A stretch of 64,000 nucleotides of DNA from Saccharolobus solfataricus P2 (GTDB lineage: Archaea > Thermoproteota > Thermoprotei_A > Sulfolobales > Sulfolobaceae), in the NCBI RefSeq assembly GCF_000007005.1, contig NC_002754.1. The stretch is one strand, 5' to 3'. A program made the position numbers and the translations under genes. Positions 1-11,051 of the stretch are shown here, in pieces. The notes beneath the pieces are model-generated. The model had not been told where the DNA came from. It searched no databases and worked only from the letters and a program-made list of their open reading frames with translations. Every line of letters begins with the position of its first letter. Positions within the stretch are counted from its first letter, which is position 1.

Positions 1-924
1 TACGATTAATGGTTTTCTTCCTATTTTGTCAACTAGATAAATGCTAATTATCTGACCTGGCAAACCTGCAAGAAACTGTGCCAAATAGGTGAATTCTATG
101 GGATTTAGACCTAAATTTCCCGCTATTGTTATTGGTCCATAGATTGCAAATGTAGAGGAATACATATCGTAAAGAAGCCAGAGAATAGAAGATATAATTG
201 TAATTCCTATAGCTGATACGAATCTTTTTGAGAACGGGACTTCATCTGGAGAAATTGCAACTTTACTTTTTATTTCTTTTTCTAGTTTTTTTAGCTCTTC
301 TGGTTTCGGTTTAATTCTAGTTAAGAATTTATATGTTTCAGGAATTTTTCTCCTTAAGTAAAATACAGAAATTGCTGGGAGAATTCCCATAAACAATACT
401 ATTCTCCATATGAGATCATTCTCCATGTTCACTAACAGCAAGATTTGCTCAACAAATGCTGCAGTAACTGCACCCATTCCCCAAAGTAGTGCAAAAGTTA
501 CTATCATTCGTTTTCCTCTATTTTTGGGATTTGAATTCTCTGCAGTAATTATAGGAGAAAGAACATAATCTGCGCCAATCCCAAAACCTAAGATTATTCT
601 AGACATGACTAACTCTGCAAAATTTGTTGATATTGACTGAAATAGTATTCCTAAACTCATTAAAGCTACATCGAGACCGTAAATAAACTTTCTTCCTAGT
701 TTATCTGATAAAAAGCCTAATAGAATTGCGGAAACTGCTGCACCATAATATGCACTAGCTATAACTATCCCTTCCTCTAGTCCATTTAATAGAAATTCCT
801 TTTGTATATAATAGAAAACTAATGAAATCGCATAAAGTTCATATCCATCAGTAAATACTCCCATACCGGCTGTTAAGACGCTCTTGAATTCTAGTGAGGA
901 AAAGTCCGGTTTATTATAACCCAT
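1..924 (-). CDS. MFS sugar/phosphate (PHS-like) transporter, 3' end runs off the window
   Basis: Not in ORF track. Manual translation from ATG at 924: [34 protein letters not shown]...[10 protein letters not shown] (MFS motif A)...[17 protein letters not shown]...RGK. Confidence 0.9.
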   Translation of the reverse strand, partial: MGYNKPDFSSLEFKSVLTAGMGVFTDGYELYAISLVFYYIQKEFLLNGLEEGIVIASAYYGAAVSAILLGFLSDKLGRKFIYGLDVALMSLGILFQSISTNFAELVMSRIILGFGIGADYVLSPIITAENSNPKNRGKRMIVTFALLWGMGAVTAAFVEQILLLVNMENDLIWRIVLFMGILPAISVFYLRRKIPETYKFLTRIKPKPEELKKLEKEIKSKVAISPDEVPFSKRFVSAIGITIISSILWLLYDMYSSTFAIYGPITIAGNLGLNPIEFTYLAQFLAGLPGQIISIYLVDKIGRKPLIV

Positions 925-995
925 TTCGTACTGTGTATACTCTGTTGAGGTTATAAGAGTATCTAGAATTAGTATATACCAAGTAATAATATGTG

Positions 996-1085
996 CGGAC
1001 CCGCCGGGATTTGAACCCGGGACCGCCGGCTATCCTCCTTAGACGCTAGAAGGCCGGCGCTCCGTCCTGGCTGAGCTACGGGTCC
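996..1085 (-). tRNA. tRNA-Arg(TCT) with 15-nt intron at 37/38 (intron 1032-1046); CCA not encoded
   Basis: Reverse complement GGACCCGTAGCTCAGCCAGGACGGAGCGCCGGCCT-TCT-A-[GCGTCTAAGGAGGAT]-AGCCGGCGGTCCCGGGTTCAAATCCCGGCGGGTCCG folds as a cloverleaf; exon-intron junctions form a bulge-helix-bulge. Confidence 0.97.
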
Positions 1086-1128
1086 AACATAAAATGAGAA
1101 TTTAATAAAATAAGATTTTCTCATTCAT

Positions 1129-1464
1129 TTACTCGTACTCTCTCCATACTTTACCGCATTTCGTGCACTTATAAAATCTAGTAGGTGGCTCATCCGCCCT
1201 TCTAGTTTGTAATATCCAGAAATAGGCTTCATCATTTTTGCATGAAGGACATAGAACACCTTTTATTTTTTGTGCACCACTGGGCATTTCCTCCTCTTCT
1301 AATACTAACGTTTTTTCTTTAATACTATGTTTTACTTTACTCGTTACTACTATCGTTGTTTCTGGGACCTCTTTTTCATAACCACATTTGGTACATCTAT
1401 ATACGTTCTTGCCATTGGATTTCTTTGGAACCATCATAGAGTTACATTTGGGACAGAACTTCAC
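1129..1464 (-). CDS. tfs: Transcription factor S (TFIIS/RpoM homolog)
   Basis: Two Zn ribbons (CPKC..CTKC; CPSC..CTKC) and QTRRADEPPT acidic hairpin. Likely start is GTG 1464 (MKFCPKC); track starts at 1473. Confidence 0.95.
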   Translation of the reverse strand: MKFCPKCNSMMVPKKSNGKNVYRCTKCGYEKEVPETTIVVTSKVKHSIKEKTLVLEEEEMPSGAQKIKGVLCPSCKNDEAYFWILQTRRADEPPTRFYKCTKCGKVWREYE

Positions 1465-1482
1465 TACTATCACGCTACAAGC

Positions 1483-1755
1483 TTAACCATTTACTTTATC
1501 TATATTTAACTTTTCTGATAGTTTCTTTATGAGATTTTCACATATCTTCTCTAGTACTTGTTCTTTAAAGTTCTCACCAATTCCAATATTGGAATATTTG
1601 ATTTCGTCAACTATGGAAGATGTAGTTATTTGTTTAATTAGATTATCTTGATTTATATCCAGAAACATCTTCTCTAAGAAGTTACCTCTAAATACACATA
1701 TTGCATACAAATAGTTAACTTTAACAAATACTGCTATCCTTGTCTCCTTTTTCAC
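1483..1755 (-). CDS. Small hypothetical protein (90 aa) coupled to rpoL
   Basis: GTG start overlaps the rpoL TGA stop (GTGA); fills the gap between rpoL and tfs. Confidence 0.65.
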   Translation of the reverse strand: MKKETRIAVFVKVNYLYAICVFRGNFLEKMFLDINQDNLIKQITTSSIVDEIKYSNIGIGENFKEQVLEKICENLIKKLSEKLNIDKVNG

Positions 1756-2030
1756 TTGGTTAATCCCTTTATTTCGTCGATATAGTGTGAGGTCATTCCT
1801 CTTATATTTTCAATGGCTTTCAATAAGGCATCTTTAGGAGTTATTGAACCATCAGTTAGTATTTTAACTATTATTTTATCAGATAAAGGATGTGGTTGAT
1901 AATATGAAGCAAAACTTACGCCACTAATTCTCCTCAAGGTACCCGCAATTAAGTTACCTAACGTATGATCCTCTCCTTCTATCTCTAATTCCAAGTAATT
2001 ACTTTCACTTTTTAGTATTCTAATTTCCAC
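1752..2030 (-). CDS. rpoL: RNA polymerase subunit L (Rpo11)
   Basis: [10 protein letters not shown]...YQPHPL motifs. Confidence 0.97.
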
Positions 2031-2589
2031 CTTTCTTCACCATATAAGATCCTATTTTTCGTTGTTCAATATTTCCGCATCTCTGACATTTTAAATTATT
2101 TTCGTCTTGCTTAATCAATAAATATCCACATCTTGAGCATCTAGCGTAAATAACACCAAGATCTTTCATTTTAATGGTCAAAGCCAAGGGAAAAGTGTAT
2201 GAAAGTAATTTAGCTTTAATTACATCTCCGATTTTTATAGCATCTGTTACATTATTAATTTTTTTATTACTTATTTGAGAAATATGTAAGTAAGCTGAAA
2301 TTGGTGACGCAAGACCTCTCTCCTCGATCCCTACTATTGAAACTAGTGCTGAGTCTTCTTTGATAGAATTAACAATGCCAATCACATATTTAGCCTTCTT
2401 CAAATGTTGAAATATAATTTTCTTAAATCCTAGTACGTTACTCTTCCTATTTAGCATATCATAAAAGATCTTTCCTACAACTGCGGCTCTAACTATACCA
2501 TTTTGTTCATACGTACCATCGCCAGTCATAAATTCTTCAATTACTGCTAACTCCTCTCCTGGTAAAGTTAATTCGCCTTGAGTTCTCAC
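2020..2589 (-). CDS. csl4: Exosome RNA-binding subunit Csl4
   Basis: [15 protein letters not shown]-terminus, S1 domain (LHISQIS, GDVIKAK), C-terminal Zn ribbon CSRC..CQRC..EQRK. Confidence 0.93.
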
Positions 2590-2594
2590 TTAGT

Positions 2595-3596
2595 TCACCA
2601 TGGAAAAATATAGGGTTCCAGACTATTATTTATGATCATTTTTGCCTCTCCAGGCGTTAATACTGGTTTTTCATAGTTGTATAGGTCATCTATTGGCAGT
2701 CTAGGACAAGATGTGACTAAAAATACGTCTATATAATTTCTATCTAAATTTCTAAGTATGTCTAGTGTTAATACCTTATTTGTTACTGTAAATACATCAT
2801 AGCCTTTTTCGGTTAACTTATCATAGAAATATTTTATCATGTTTGGTCTATTTTGTCCAACCTTAACCCCTTGTATAATTACCCAACTACGTTTATCTAA
2901 TGCTTGTAATATTTTACCATATCTAACTTTCAGTATCTTCCTAACATCATTTGTTATATCCTCACTTTTCTGTAAATACGGATCAAGTTTTATAGTTGGT
3001 TTGTTTGTAGCTAATCCTAAACCTAAAGCGTGAAATAATCCTCCTGATACAATCACATAAATATCTGCTTCTACTTCAGCAGCTTTATAATCACATCCTA
3101 AAACTTGTCCATCAAACATAAATCTATTAGATGGTTTACCTATAACTATATCGTATCCCTTATCTTCTAAGAAAGACTTAATTTTAGATAATAATCTTAC
3201 ATGTTGTAAAGTTGCCGTTAATGAGATTTTTCTTCCATTATATTTACTGATATCATTTTCTAAAGAATGAAGAGCATTTTCAGAAATATCTAAATTACTT
3301 TCAGCGTTAATAAATATGGTAGGAAACTTGGGATAGTACCACGTATAAGGGGTATGACCGAAGTGAATTATAAGGTCAGCATTTACTTGTTGTGCCTCAT
3401 CCTCTGCTATGTCGCAAGCACCCCAACTAGGCTCACCTGATATTATAAAATTAACGTTAGGTAGTTTTTCCCTTAACTTCTTTACTATATCTATAGAAAA
3501 ATACTTTAATCCTTCAGGAAATTGTAAAAGAACACGTTTCGCGTTCTTTTCACGTATCTCCTTGATTACACGTTCCTCTTCGAAATTATAGCTCAA
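2595..3596 (-). CDS. dph2: Diphthamide biosynthesis radical-SAM-like enzyme Dph2
   Basis: [31 protein letters not shown] (three Fe-S Cys), KPVLTP. Confidence 0.95.
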   Translation of the reverse strand: MSYNFEEERVIKEIREKNAKRVLLQFPEGLKYFSIDIVKKLREKLPNVNFIISGEPSWGACDIAEDEAQQVNADLIIHFGHTPYTWYYPKFPTIFINAESNLDISENALHSLENDISKYNGRKISLTATLQHVRLLSKIKSFLEDKGYDIVIGKPSNRFMFDGQVLGCDYKAAEVEADIYVIVSGGLFHALGLGLATNKPTIKLDPYLQKSEDITNDVRKILKVRYGKILQALDKRSWVIIQGVKVGQNRPNMIKYFYDKLTEKGYDVFTVTNKVLTLDILRNLDRNYIDVFLVTSCPRLPIDDLYNYEKPVLTPGEAKMIINNSLEPYIFPW

Positions 3597-4129
3597 CTTT
3601 GAACCTCCTGTCTTACGAGCCTTAATGGAATGATCTCAATTCTAGTACGCAAAGGTAGTTTCTTTGATGCTATCTTTAACGCCTCCTTTGCAAATTCTAG
3701 ATGTTCTTTTTTAACTTTTATTACAATTAAAGTTTCTCCCAGTTTTTCAATCCTAGCAGCAGTACCTATTGGTGTACCAAAAGACAATCTCATTCCATCT
3801 TGCAATCTATCAGCTCCAGCAAACGCCATCATTTTATTCTCTCTTAGCACATGATGGGGATACTTTAATATCCACATAAAGAACGAAGTTTCACTTCCAG
3901 TTTTCTTAGATAACGTCTTAAGAGTAAGAGTTCTGACAGCCTCTAAAGCATTATGTCTTATTTGCCCTATCTCAGTAGTAATTAACCTAACCTCATAGTC
4001 ATAATCTCCATTTGGATTTCCAGAAGTGAACTTAGTTATCTTTGGCTGTGGAATACCAGGGATATATTCCTTCCTGGTATAGGCAGGACCGGAGAAATGT
4101 CTATAACATCTTCCAGGTCGTAGTGGCAT
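3593..4129 (-). CDS. rpl10e: 50S ribosomal protein L10e (uL16)
   Basis: [30 protein letters not shown]-like motif; TATA-like TTTAATAT about 30 nt upstream suggests a leaderless transcript. Confidence 0.97.
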   Translation of the reverse strand: MPLRPGRCYRHFSGPAYTRKEYIPGIPQPKITKFTSGNPNGDYDYEVRLITTEIGQIRHNALEAVRTLTLKTLSKKTGSETSFFMWILKYPHHVLRENKMMAFAGADRLQDGMRLSFGTPIGTAARIEKLGETLIVIKVKKEHLEFAKEALKIASKKLPLRTRIEIIPLRLVRQEVQS

Positions 4130-4170
4130 TTAACATCACGATATAAACATTTATATTAAAGACTAAATAT

Positions 4171-4419
4171 TTAACTTATAGCATCAAATGACGATTGAAG
4201 CGCTTTTATATGTGCCAATATCTCGTCTGCAGTATTTCTAACTGTCATTAAATCGTTTGGTTTTGTAACTCTCATCTTTATTACAATCTCAAACTCTTTG
4301 CCTTCTACTTTGCTTTCAATTGACATTCCTTCTGGCAAATTTACATCATCAACTTTTAAACTTCTTATAAATAGTTCTGCATCCTTATATTCCGATGAGA
4401 TTCTTAACTCTATCATCAA
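4171..4419 (-). CDS. KEOPS Pcc1-like small protein
   Basis: 82 aa beta-alpha-beta-beta-alpha pattern ending ..LMTVRNTADEILAHIKA; lies directly after a RecJ/Cdc45-like gene, the usual archaeal position of pcc1. Confidence 0.65.
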   Translation of the reverse strand: MMIELRISSEYKDAELFIRSLKVDDVNLPEGMSIESKVEGKEFEIVIKMRVTKPNDLMTVRNTADEILAHIKALQSSFDAIS

Positions 4420-5434
4420 TTTTAATCAATCCTTCTTTCTTTACTGACGGAATAAAAAATCTACTAGTGAAAAGTCTATCATTGTCTCTGATTACTATCA
4501 TTTTATCTCTCCTTATTTTTTGTAACTGTAACAATATTATTTGTGCTAAGAGAGGAGAAGTGAGATTAGATGTCTCAACAATATAATATGACTGTTTATT
4601 TTCAATAGAATTGATTGAGAATCCCTTGGAGAGAGTTTGCCTAAATCTACTAATTAATGCCTCTGCATAAGAGGATGACAGGACAAACTGTAAGATCTCA
4701 TTACTGCCAATAGTATCAAACGAATAAATTAAAGAGAATGCCAACTCTAATATATCATAATCAAGATAAAAAAATCTATCCGTAATTATATCATCCCTAG
4801 TGAATTTTGGATTTTCTTTCACAATAGTAGAAATTATTCTGAAAAGTAATGTATTTAGCTGACTCTCATTCAAATCTTCTAATTTCGATATCTCACTAGC
4901 GTTTACCTCTCTTATGAGACTTATGGCATTTTCTCTATTGCCAGATATGCCAGGTATATAAGGATCTAGAGAAAACATTAACGATAAAAAGGCTGGTAAA
5001 GTTTTATATGCAGGAATTTTCAGATTTTTTTCGATAGTCATATCAAATTTCTCCATTTCCCTTATTGTCTCTAATTCCCATTCGGAAAGTGATCTTCTGT
5101 CTAATATTGTAGACGTTATAATACAACTAACAATTGGCAAGACATCTTCAGCAGTTATAGGTAAATATGAACAAAAGGAATTCTGACCCAAGAAATATTT
5201 TTTCTTATTATCTATTATCCATTTCCCGTTAGCGTCAAGTCTAATTTGTGTTTCACATTCTTCTGGAATGAACGAAAGAGTGAAAGAATTCTTAGTATTT
5301 TTGGAAATAATAAATGAAAATAGGATAGGCTCTATAGAATAGTACGCAGATAAACACAAATTATCCTTAGAATACACATTCCTAACTACTTCCCTTATTT
5401 CTTGATTATTCGGCTCTCCTAAGAATACTTCCAT
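4385..5434 (-). CDS. cdc45: Nuclease-dead RecJ/DHH-family protein, probable Cdc45 (RecJdbh) of the archaeal CMG helicase
   Basis: RecJ-like core (SLDPYIPGISGNRENAISLIREV) with no DHH motif; size and position match the Sulfolobales Cdc45 locus as I know it. Likely ATG 5434 (track 5464). Confidence 0.7.
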   Translation of the reverse strand: MEVFLGEPNNQEIREVVRNVYSKDNLCLSAYYSIEPILFSFIISKNTKNSFTLSFIPEECETQIRLDANGKWIIDNKKKYFLGQNSFCSYLPITAEDVLPIVSCIITSTILDRRSLSEWELETIREMEKFDMTIEKNLKIPAYKTLPAFLSLMFSLDPYIPGISGNRENAISLIREVNASEISKLEDLNESQLNTLLFRIISTIVKENPKFTRDDIITDRFFYLDYDILELAFSLIYSFDTIGSNEILQFVLSSSYAEALISRFRQTLSKGFSINSIENKQSYYIVETSNLTSPLLAQIILLQLQKIRRDKMIVIRDNDRLFTSRFFIPSVKKEGLIKIDDRVKNLIGI

Positions 5435-5436
5435 TA

Positions 5437-6333
5437 CTATCTCTTTAGAATTTCTTTTGACCATTTTTTAAGCTCTTCAAAGCTCATATCCTTAAAGAAA
5501 ATAGATCCAAGCAAGTTTGATATAATATAGTTCAATCTTGTAGCAAAGACGTAAGAGGGATTTAAAAATATTGATAACGCTAATTCTCCCACTATTGCTG
5601 CAGATGGTATCGGTATTAATATAGATACTTGGTATAAAAAAGAGATAAAAATTGACAAGAAAATATTATGTGTTACATAATAAAAATAACCTCCATATAA
5701 GGCAAAACTAAATATATCAATCATGATATAAATTACAAAATCCTTTGTGGTTCCTTGCTTAAGGTAATATTTAAATTCCATATAATCTGTAACAATTCGT
5801 TCCATTTTAACTATCTTAAAGATAAATTGTTCAATTTTATTTACTTTATCATGTTGCAAGTAAAAATACGACAATGCTCCTATCCATCCAGCTATGTTAA
5901 ATAATACGACTAGAATGAATACAAATTCTAATGGGTTAAAAAAGAATGGCAGCAGTAAAATATAGCCCAAACATATTGCGAGCACATCTATGGATCCTAT
6001 AAGAATAGAGTAGCTAAACGCTTGCCTTAAGTTTACCCCATATTTGTTGTAAACTAAACTTCTAACCAATTCTTGTCCAGCCCATCCAGGTACTAATAAA
6101 CCTACGAAGTTACCTAGTAATCTTGCTCTTAACGTTATATCTACTCTACGCTTAATTAGTAATGAATCCTTAAATGATGAGACGAAATTCTGGGCAGTAT
6201 ACGTTAAAAGAAAAATCAGAAAGAATTTGGGATCTTCTTGTAAAACATATATTATATTAATCTTAAATATGTATGCATAGACTATGATCACTATAAACGG
6301 AAGAAAAATAGCTGCAATGTATTTCTTATCCAT
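5437..6333 (-). CDS. UPF0104 / lysylphosphatidylglycerol-synthase-TM (flippase-like) membrane protein
   Basis: Multiple TM helices; LLGNFVGLLVPGWAGQELVR matches the family motif G.F.N...P..GG...R. Confidence 0.7.
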   Translation of the reverse strand: MDKKYIAAIFLPFIVIIVYAYIFKINIIYVLQEDPKFFLIFLLTYTAQNFVSSFKDSLLIKRRVDITLRARLLGNFVGLLVPGWAGQELVRSLVYNKYGVNLRQAFSYSILIGSIDVLAICLGYILLLPFFFNPLEFVFILVVLFNIAGWIGALSYFYLQHDKVNKIEQFIFKIVKMERIVTDYMEFKYYLKQGTTKDFVIYIMIDIFSFALYGGYFYYVTHNIFLSIFISFLYQVSILIPIPSAAIVGELALSIFLNPSYVFATRLNYIISNLLGSIFFKDMSFEELKKWSKEILKR

Positions 6334-7208
6334 TATCTTCCCCTTTTCTCAAAACATCCAATACTAGGATAGCATAAAGTTACATTCCCAAGATTTTTAA
6401 ACACTTTGGGCTCATCTAACTCAGGAATTTTCATATTAGTTCTAAATATTCCACATTTAGGTTTACTTATCTTTTGATATAGAAAAGGATACTCATTTAG
6501 AACGCATGTCTTACATTGTGAGTTCTTCTCGATGTTAATTCTCTCAATTTTTAATTCTCTAGAATCTATATAGAATAATGAATAATCCGGATTGCCTCTC
6601 AAGTGATTAAGCATTAAGTTAACTTGAAGTGTAGCTGTTAATTCTACTATTAGTGGAGTAGTTCCAATAACATCACATGAATTCCCAATTTCGTCTTGAT
6701 CTGAATAGTCAATAAAACAAGATAAACAGGAGGTTTGACTAGGGTCTATCAGTTTAGCAGAACCGTATTCACCATTAATTCCTCCATATATTAGGATTTT
6801 TCCTAATTTTACTATAGCATCATTTAACAATAGCTTGTAGTACAAGCTGTCTAATGCATCGAACACGTAATCCTTATCAGAAATTAGCCTCTCGACGTTC
6901 TCCTCGTCGAGTATATCTATAATATAATTAATTTTGATTGAAGAATTTATAAGGGATATTTTTTTAGCGCAAACTTCAGCTTTAGGTTTGCCTACATCAT
7001 TTTCATCAAATAAATGGACCCTATGTAGATTAGTTATATCTACCACATCTGCATCTACTATAGTTAACTCTTTAACTCCTAGCCTAGCTAGCAACTCTGC
7101 AACGGCAGTACCTAAAGCTCCACAGCCTGCAATTAATATCTTTAACTCATTTAACCTCTGTTGAATTCCTAATCCTAAAACTATTAGTTGCCTAGAATAT
7201 CTTTCCAC
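6333..7208 (-). CDS. ubaA: E1-like ThiF/MoeB/UbaA activating enzyme (Urm1/SAMP activator type)
   Basis: ERYSRQL, GCGALGT, DADVVDITNLHR, KPKAEV, DALDS, CLSC/CKTC Zn sites. True start probably GTG 7208 with TTTTTAAA at -30..-23; track extends to 7334 inside the opposite gene. Confidence 0.88.
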   Translation of the reverse strand: MERYSRQLIVLGLGIQQRLNELKILIAGCGALGTAVAELLARLGVKELTIVDADVVDITNLHRVHLFDENDVGKPKAEVCAKKISLINSSIKINYIIDILDEENVERLISDKDYVFDALDSLYYKLLLNDAIVKLGKILIYGGINGEYGSAKLIDPSQTSCLSCFIDYSDQDEIGNSCDVIGTTPLIVELTATLQVNLMLNHLRGNPDYSLFYIDSRELKIERINIEKNSQCKTCVLNEYPFLYQKISKPKCGIFRTNMKIPELDEPKVFKNLGNVTLCYPSIGCFEKRGR

Positions 7209-7257
7209 AAGATTATAATGTAGAATAATCTTTAAAAATAAGTGTTGCCTACTAAAA

Positions 7258-8103
7258 GTGGGGATTGATATTGTTCCAATGGAAAAAGGTGGAGGGAGTG
7301 ATGGAACTCCAATATCAATAGAGGAATTGGACAAGTTAAGACAAGTAGCTGAAAAGGCAAGAAGAAATGTAATAAAAATGCTATTTTATGATCAAACAAT
7401 ACATGTGGGATCGTCCCTAAGTAGCATAGAGATATTAACTACGTTAATATTCAAGCATATAAGGACGGATTCAAGCTTAGTGAATAAAGACTGGCTTATT
7501 TTAAGTAAAGGCCATGCAGCGCCAGCTCTTTATGCCGTTTTAGCTGAAAAAGGTTACATAAAAGAAGAGGAACTTTGGAGAATACAAGATATAACGGGAT
7601 TATTACAAGGGCATCCAGAAACTTTTATTCCCGGTGTAGATATGTCGACTGGTAGTTTAGGGCAAGGTTTGAGCTTTGGAATAGGTGTTGCTACTGGTAT
7701 AAAGATGGCCAACGGCACTGGAAGAGTATATGTCATAATGGGTGATGGTGAACAGGATGAGGGAGAAATATGGGAGGCTATGACGCATGCAGTAGTTAGA
7801 AATCTTGATAACTTAATTGCATTTATAGAGATGAACAATTTCCAGCTTGATGGTTCAACAGATGAGATAAAACCAAAGAACTTCTTACCTAAGGTATGGG
7901 AAGCAGTAGGTTGGAAAGTATTAAACTGCGATGGGCATGATTTCATTAGTATTACTAATGCAGTTAACGAGGCATATAAGGCAAGCAAGCCCGTAGTAAT
8001 ATTCGCTAAGACTGTAAGAGGAAAGGGGTTTCCTCCAATAGAAAATACCCATAAACAGAGGTCCAGTCCAGATGATGCAAGGAAATATTTACTCAATGCG
8101 TGA
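7258..8103 (+). CDS. Transketolase, N-terminal (TPP-binding) subunit
   Basis: [44 protein letters not shown] motif. Confidence 0.95.
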   Translation: MGIDIVPMEKGGGSDGTPISIEELDKLRQVAEKARRNVIKMLFYDQTIHVGSSLSSIEILTTLIFKHIRTDSSLVNKDWLILSKGHAAPALYAVLAEKGYIKEEELWRIQDITGLLQGHPETFIPGVDMSTGSLGQGLSFGIGVATGIKMANGTGRVYVIMGDGEQDEGEIWEAMTHAVVRNLDNLIAFIEMNNFQLDGSTDEIKPKNFLPKVWEAVGWKVLNCDGHDFISITNAVNEAYKASKPVVIFAKTVRGKGFPPIENTHKQRSSPDDARKYLLNA

Positions 8104-9013
8104 AACCTTCGGAAGGCTATTAGCAGACCTAGGGGATAAGAACAAGGATCTAGTCGTGATAACTGCAGATGTAGGAGACTCTACCAGAGCGCTATACTTT
8201 AGAGAGAAGTTTAAGGATAGATACTTTAATGTAGGCATAGCAGAGCAAGATATGGTGAATTTTGCTGCTGGCTTGGCTGCTGTAGGAAAAAAGCCCGCTA
8301 TAGTTAACTTTGGAATGTTCTTAATGAGAGCGTGGGAGCAGATAAGAAATAGTATAGCTAGAATGAATCTAGACGTCAAGATGTTTGTAACACACACCGG
8401 ATACAGTGACCACGGTGATGGTTCGAGTCATCAAGTTCTCGAAGATATAGCGCTAATGCGTGTATTACCAAACATGAAAGTAGTAGTACCAGCAGATCCT
8501 AAGGATATTGAAAGAAGCTTACCAGTTATAATTAATGAGGAAAGGGGTCCATTGTATTATAGGATAGGTAGAGAATATTCACCACCAATCACTATAGGAC
8601 AAGAATACGAATTCAAGATTGGTAAAGCTTATGTGATTAAGGATGGGAGTGACTTAGCCATAATAGGAGCAGGCGTTGTTTTGTGGGATGCACTAAAGGC
8701 GGCTGAAGAATTAGAGAAATTAGGAATTAGCGTAGCAGTTATAAATTTATTCTCAATAAAGCCTATTGACGAAAATACAATAGAATATTATGCTAGAAAG
8801 GCTGGTAAGATAATTACTATTGAGGAACATAGCATATATGGAGGTATTGGTTCTGCCGTTGCAGAGGTTACGGCTAGGCGTTATCCAGTACCCATAAGAT
8901 TTGTAGGTGCTACGACTTTTGGAAGATCTGCTAGAAGCCAAAGGGATCTACTAGATTACTATAATATAAACTATAAAACAATTATAAGGGAGGCAATTGA
9001 TTTATTGAAGTAG
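8072..9013 (+). CDS. Transketolase, C-terminal subunit
   Basis: [34 protein letters not shown]; alternative start ATG 8096 overlaps the upstream stop. Confidence 0.95.
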   Translation: MMQGNIYSMRETFGRLLADLGDKNKDLVVITADVGDSTRALYFREKFKDRYFNVGIAEQDMVNFAAGLAAVGKKPAIVNFGMFLMRAWEQIRNSIARMNLDVKMFVTHTGYSDHGDGSSHQVLEDIALMRVLPNMKVVVPADPKDIERSLPVIINEERGPLYYRIGREYSPPITIGQEYEFKIGKAYVIKDGSDLAIIGAGVVLWDALKAAEELEKLGISVAVINLFSIKPIDENTIEYYARKAGKIITIEEHSIYGGIGSAVAEVTARRYPVPIRFVGATTFGRSARSQRDLLDYYNINYKTIIREAIDLLK

Positions 9014-10054
9014 ATGACTGAAGAAATAACACGGCTGAGGGAAGAAATAGATAAGGTAGACGAGCAGTTAGTAAAGTTACTCTCATATAGATTAGAATTA
9101 TCTAGAAAAATAGGGAAAGCTAAGTCGAATTCTAATATAAGTGTTACTGACGAGAATAGGGAAATGAAAGTTAGAGAAAAATGGATTGCTAACGCAAAAA
9201 AGTATAATATTCCAAATAGTCTGGTTGAATCTATATTGCCTTTGATTTTTTCTTATTCTAAACTAGTTCAGATTAACCCAGGAGAGAAAGAAAGAGTAGT
9301 AATATATGGATATGGCGGAATGGCTAAATCGATCGTTTCTATTCTTTCATTAGCTGGGCATGAAGTATCGATTACTGGAAGAGATTTAAGTAAAGCGGAG
9401 ATGTTAGCTAATCAATTTAAATGTGTAAGTATGTCCTTATTAAAAGCAATAGATTGGGGGGATATAATTATATTTGCAATACCTCCTAGTGCAATATTAA
9501 ATAATTCCGATGAATTATTTTCAAAGGCACTTAAAGATAAGATTGTTATGGATATTAGTTCTTCTAAATTTAAAATATTTGGCTTCCTAGAAGAATTATC
9601 TAGGAAACTAGAGTTTAGGTATATTTCTACACATCCACTTTTCGGTCCTATTGAATACCCTATTGGAGAGAGAGTTGTAATTATACCTTCCAAAACTAGT
9701 TCTAATGATGATGTCATGAAGGTGGAGAATTTCTGGAGGAAAAGTGGTTTAGTACCCGTCATAACTGATGTTGAAACTCATGAAAAAGCAATGGCTATTG
9801 TTCAAGTTCTAACGCATTATTATCTTCTGGGTTTATCAAACGCAATTGATACTTTATCGTTAGAGTTAGGTGTAGATTACAGTAATTTCCATACTACAAA
9901 CTTTAGAGAATTAAACAAGATTTTAAAGCGGGTTAAAGATCTAAAAAATGTAATTACTGAAATACAAAATCAAAACCCTTATTCTTATAAAGTTAGAAAT
10001 ATAGGTTTAGAGGAGCTTAAAAAAATTAAAGAAGAATTAGAAGGAGGTAAATAG
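9014..10054 (+). CDS. Bifunctional chorismate mutase (AroQ) / prephenate dehydrogenase
   Basis: LREEIDKVDEQLVKLLSYR..RE AroQ domain followed by GYGGM Rossmann, DISSSK, STHPLFGP, HEKAMAIVQVLTH. Confidence 0.92.
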   Translation: MTEEITRLREEIDKVDEQLVKLLSYRLELSRKIGKAKSNSNISVTDENREMKVREKWIANAKKYNIPNSLVESILPLIFSYSKLVQINPGEKERVVIYGYGGMAKSIVSILSLAGHEVSITGRDLSKAEMLANQFKCVSMSLLKAIDWGDIIIFAIPPSAILNNSDELFSKALKDKIVMDISSSKFKIFGFLEELSRKLEFRYISTHPLFGPIEYPIGERVVIIPSKTSSNDDVMKVENFWRKSGLVPVITDVETHEKAMAIVQVLTHYYLLGLSNAIDTLSLELGVDYSNFHTTNFRELNKILKRVKDLKNVITEIQNQNPYSYKVRNIGLEELKKIKEELEGGK

Positions 10055-10055
10055 A

Positions 10056-11051
10056 ATGATCTTATATGTCCTTAAGGATAGAGCTGATTACTCTATACTA
10101 ATAGAAAAGCTAAATGAAAACTCAGCATCTTTCAAGATATTAAACCTATATGGTAAAAACTTAATATTAGCATGGCCAGATCAGAACGTGAAAGGTATCA
10201 TTGATAATAGTATAGAAATGGCTGTGGAAGTAAAGAAAAGCTATGTATTAGCTGGTAATGATTGGAAAAAGCAACCAACAGTGGTAAATGTAAAAGATGT
10301 AGAAATTGGAAGCAAAAAGGTAATAGTAGCTGCAGGTCCTTGTGCAGTAGAAAATGAAGAACAAGTCCTTACTACTGCTAAGGCTGTAAAAAGGGCTGGA
10401 GCATCATTACTTAGAGGAGGGGCTTACAAACCTAGGACAAGTCCATATTCCTTCCAAGGTCTCGGAGAAGAAGGGGTGAAAATCTTGAGGAGAGTAGGAG
10501 ATGAAGTAGGCTTACCTATTGTCACAGAAATAATGGATACAAGAGATTCCAATATATTTAGCCAATATGTTGATATGATACAGATTGGAGCCAGAAACGC
10601 ACAGAACTTCTCTTTATTGAAGGAAGTTGGAAAGTTAGGTAAACCAGTACTACTTAAGCGAGGTATGGGAAATACAGTAGAGGAATGGCTTCAAGCTGCA
10701 GAGTACATTTTACTAGAGGGAAATGGCAATACAGTATTATGCGAAAGAGGAATAAGAACATTTGAAAAGTCAACTAGGTTTACGTTAGATATAGGTGGGA
10801 TGGTAGCTGCTAAACTAATGACACATTTGCCCATCTGTGCTGATCCAAGTCATCCTGCGGGAAAAAGAGAATTGGTACACTCTTTAGCACTAGCTGCAGT
10901 CGCTGCTGGTGCGGATATGTTATTAATTGAAGTTCATCCACATCCAGAAAAGGCATTAAGTGATTCAGAGCAACAACTTACACCGGAATCATTCGAAGTT
11001 CTAATGAATCGAATTAGAACGCTAGCTAGAGCTTTAGGGAGAGATGCATGA
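10056..11051 (+). CDS. aroG: DAHP synthase type I-beta with N-terminal regulatory domain
   Basis: [52 protein letters not shown]. Confidence 0.95.
   Translation: MILYVLKDRADYSILIEKLNENSASFKILNLYGKNLILAWPDQNVKGIIDNSIEMAVEVKKSYVLAGNDWKKQPTVVNVKDVEIGSKKVIVAAGPCAVENEEQVLTTAKAVKRAGASLLRGGAYKPRTSPYSFQGLGEEGVKILRRVGDEVGLPIVTEIMDTRDSNIFSQYVDMIQIGARNAQNFSLLKEVGKLGKPVLLKRGMGNTVEEWLQAAEYILLEGNGNTVLCERGIRTFEKSTRFTLDIGGMVAAKLMTHLPICADPSHPAGKRELVHSLALAAVAAGADMLLIEVHPHPEKALSDSEQQLTPESFEVLMNRIRTLARALGRDA

Noticed and set aside
996-1085. The two tRNA-Arg genes as attL/attR of a 42-kb integrated element
   Set aside because: Both are full-length with different anticodons and introns, and the DNA between them is core housekeeping genes.
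7209-7334. N-terminal 42-aa extension of the E1-like ORF
   Set aside because: Overlaps the transketolase gene; homology starts at ERYSRQ and a TATA fits GTG 7208.
7554-8096. 180-aa minus-strand ORF (also 8089-8397, 9412-9762, 13501-13719, 14178-14426, 15568-15870)
   Set aside because: Antisense shadows of well-conserved tkt/aro genes, with no motifs of their own.
8072-8103. Frameshift fusion of the two transketolase halves
   Set aside because: No slippery site; a normal ATG-overlap coupling explains it, and two-subunit transketolases are common in archaea.
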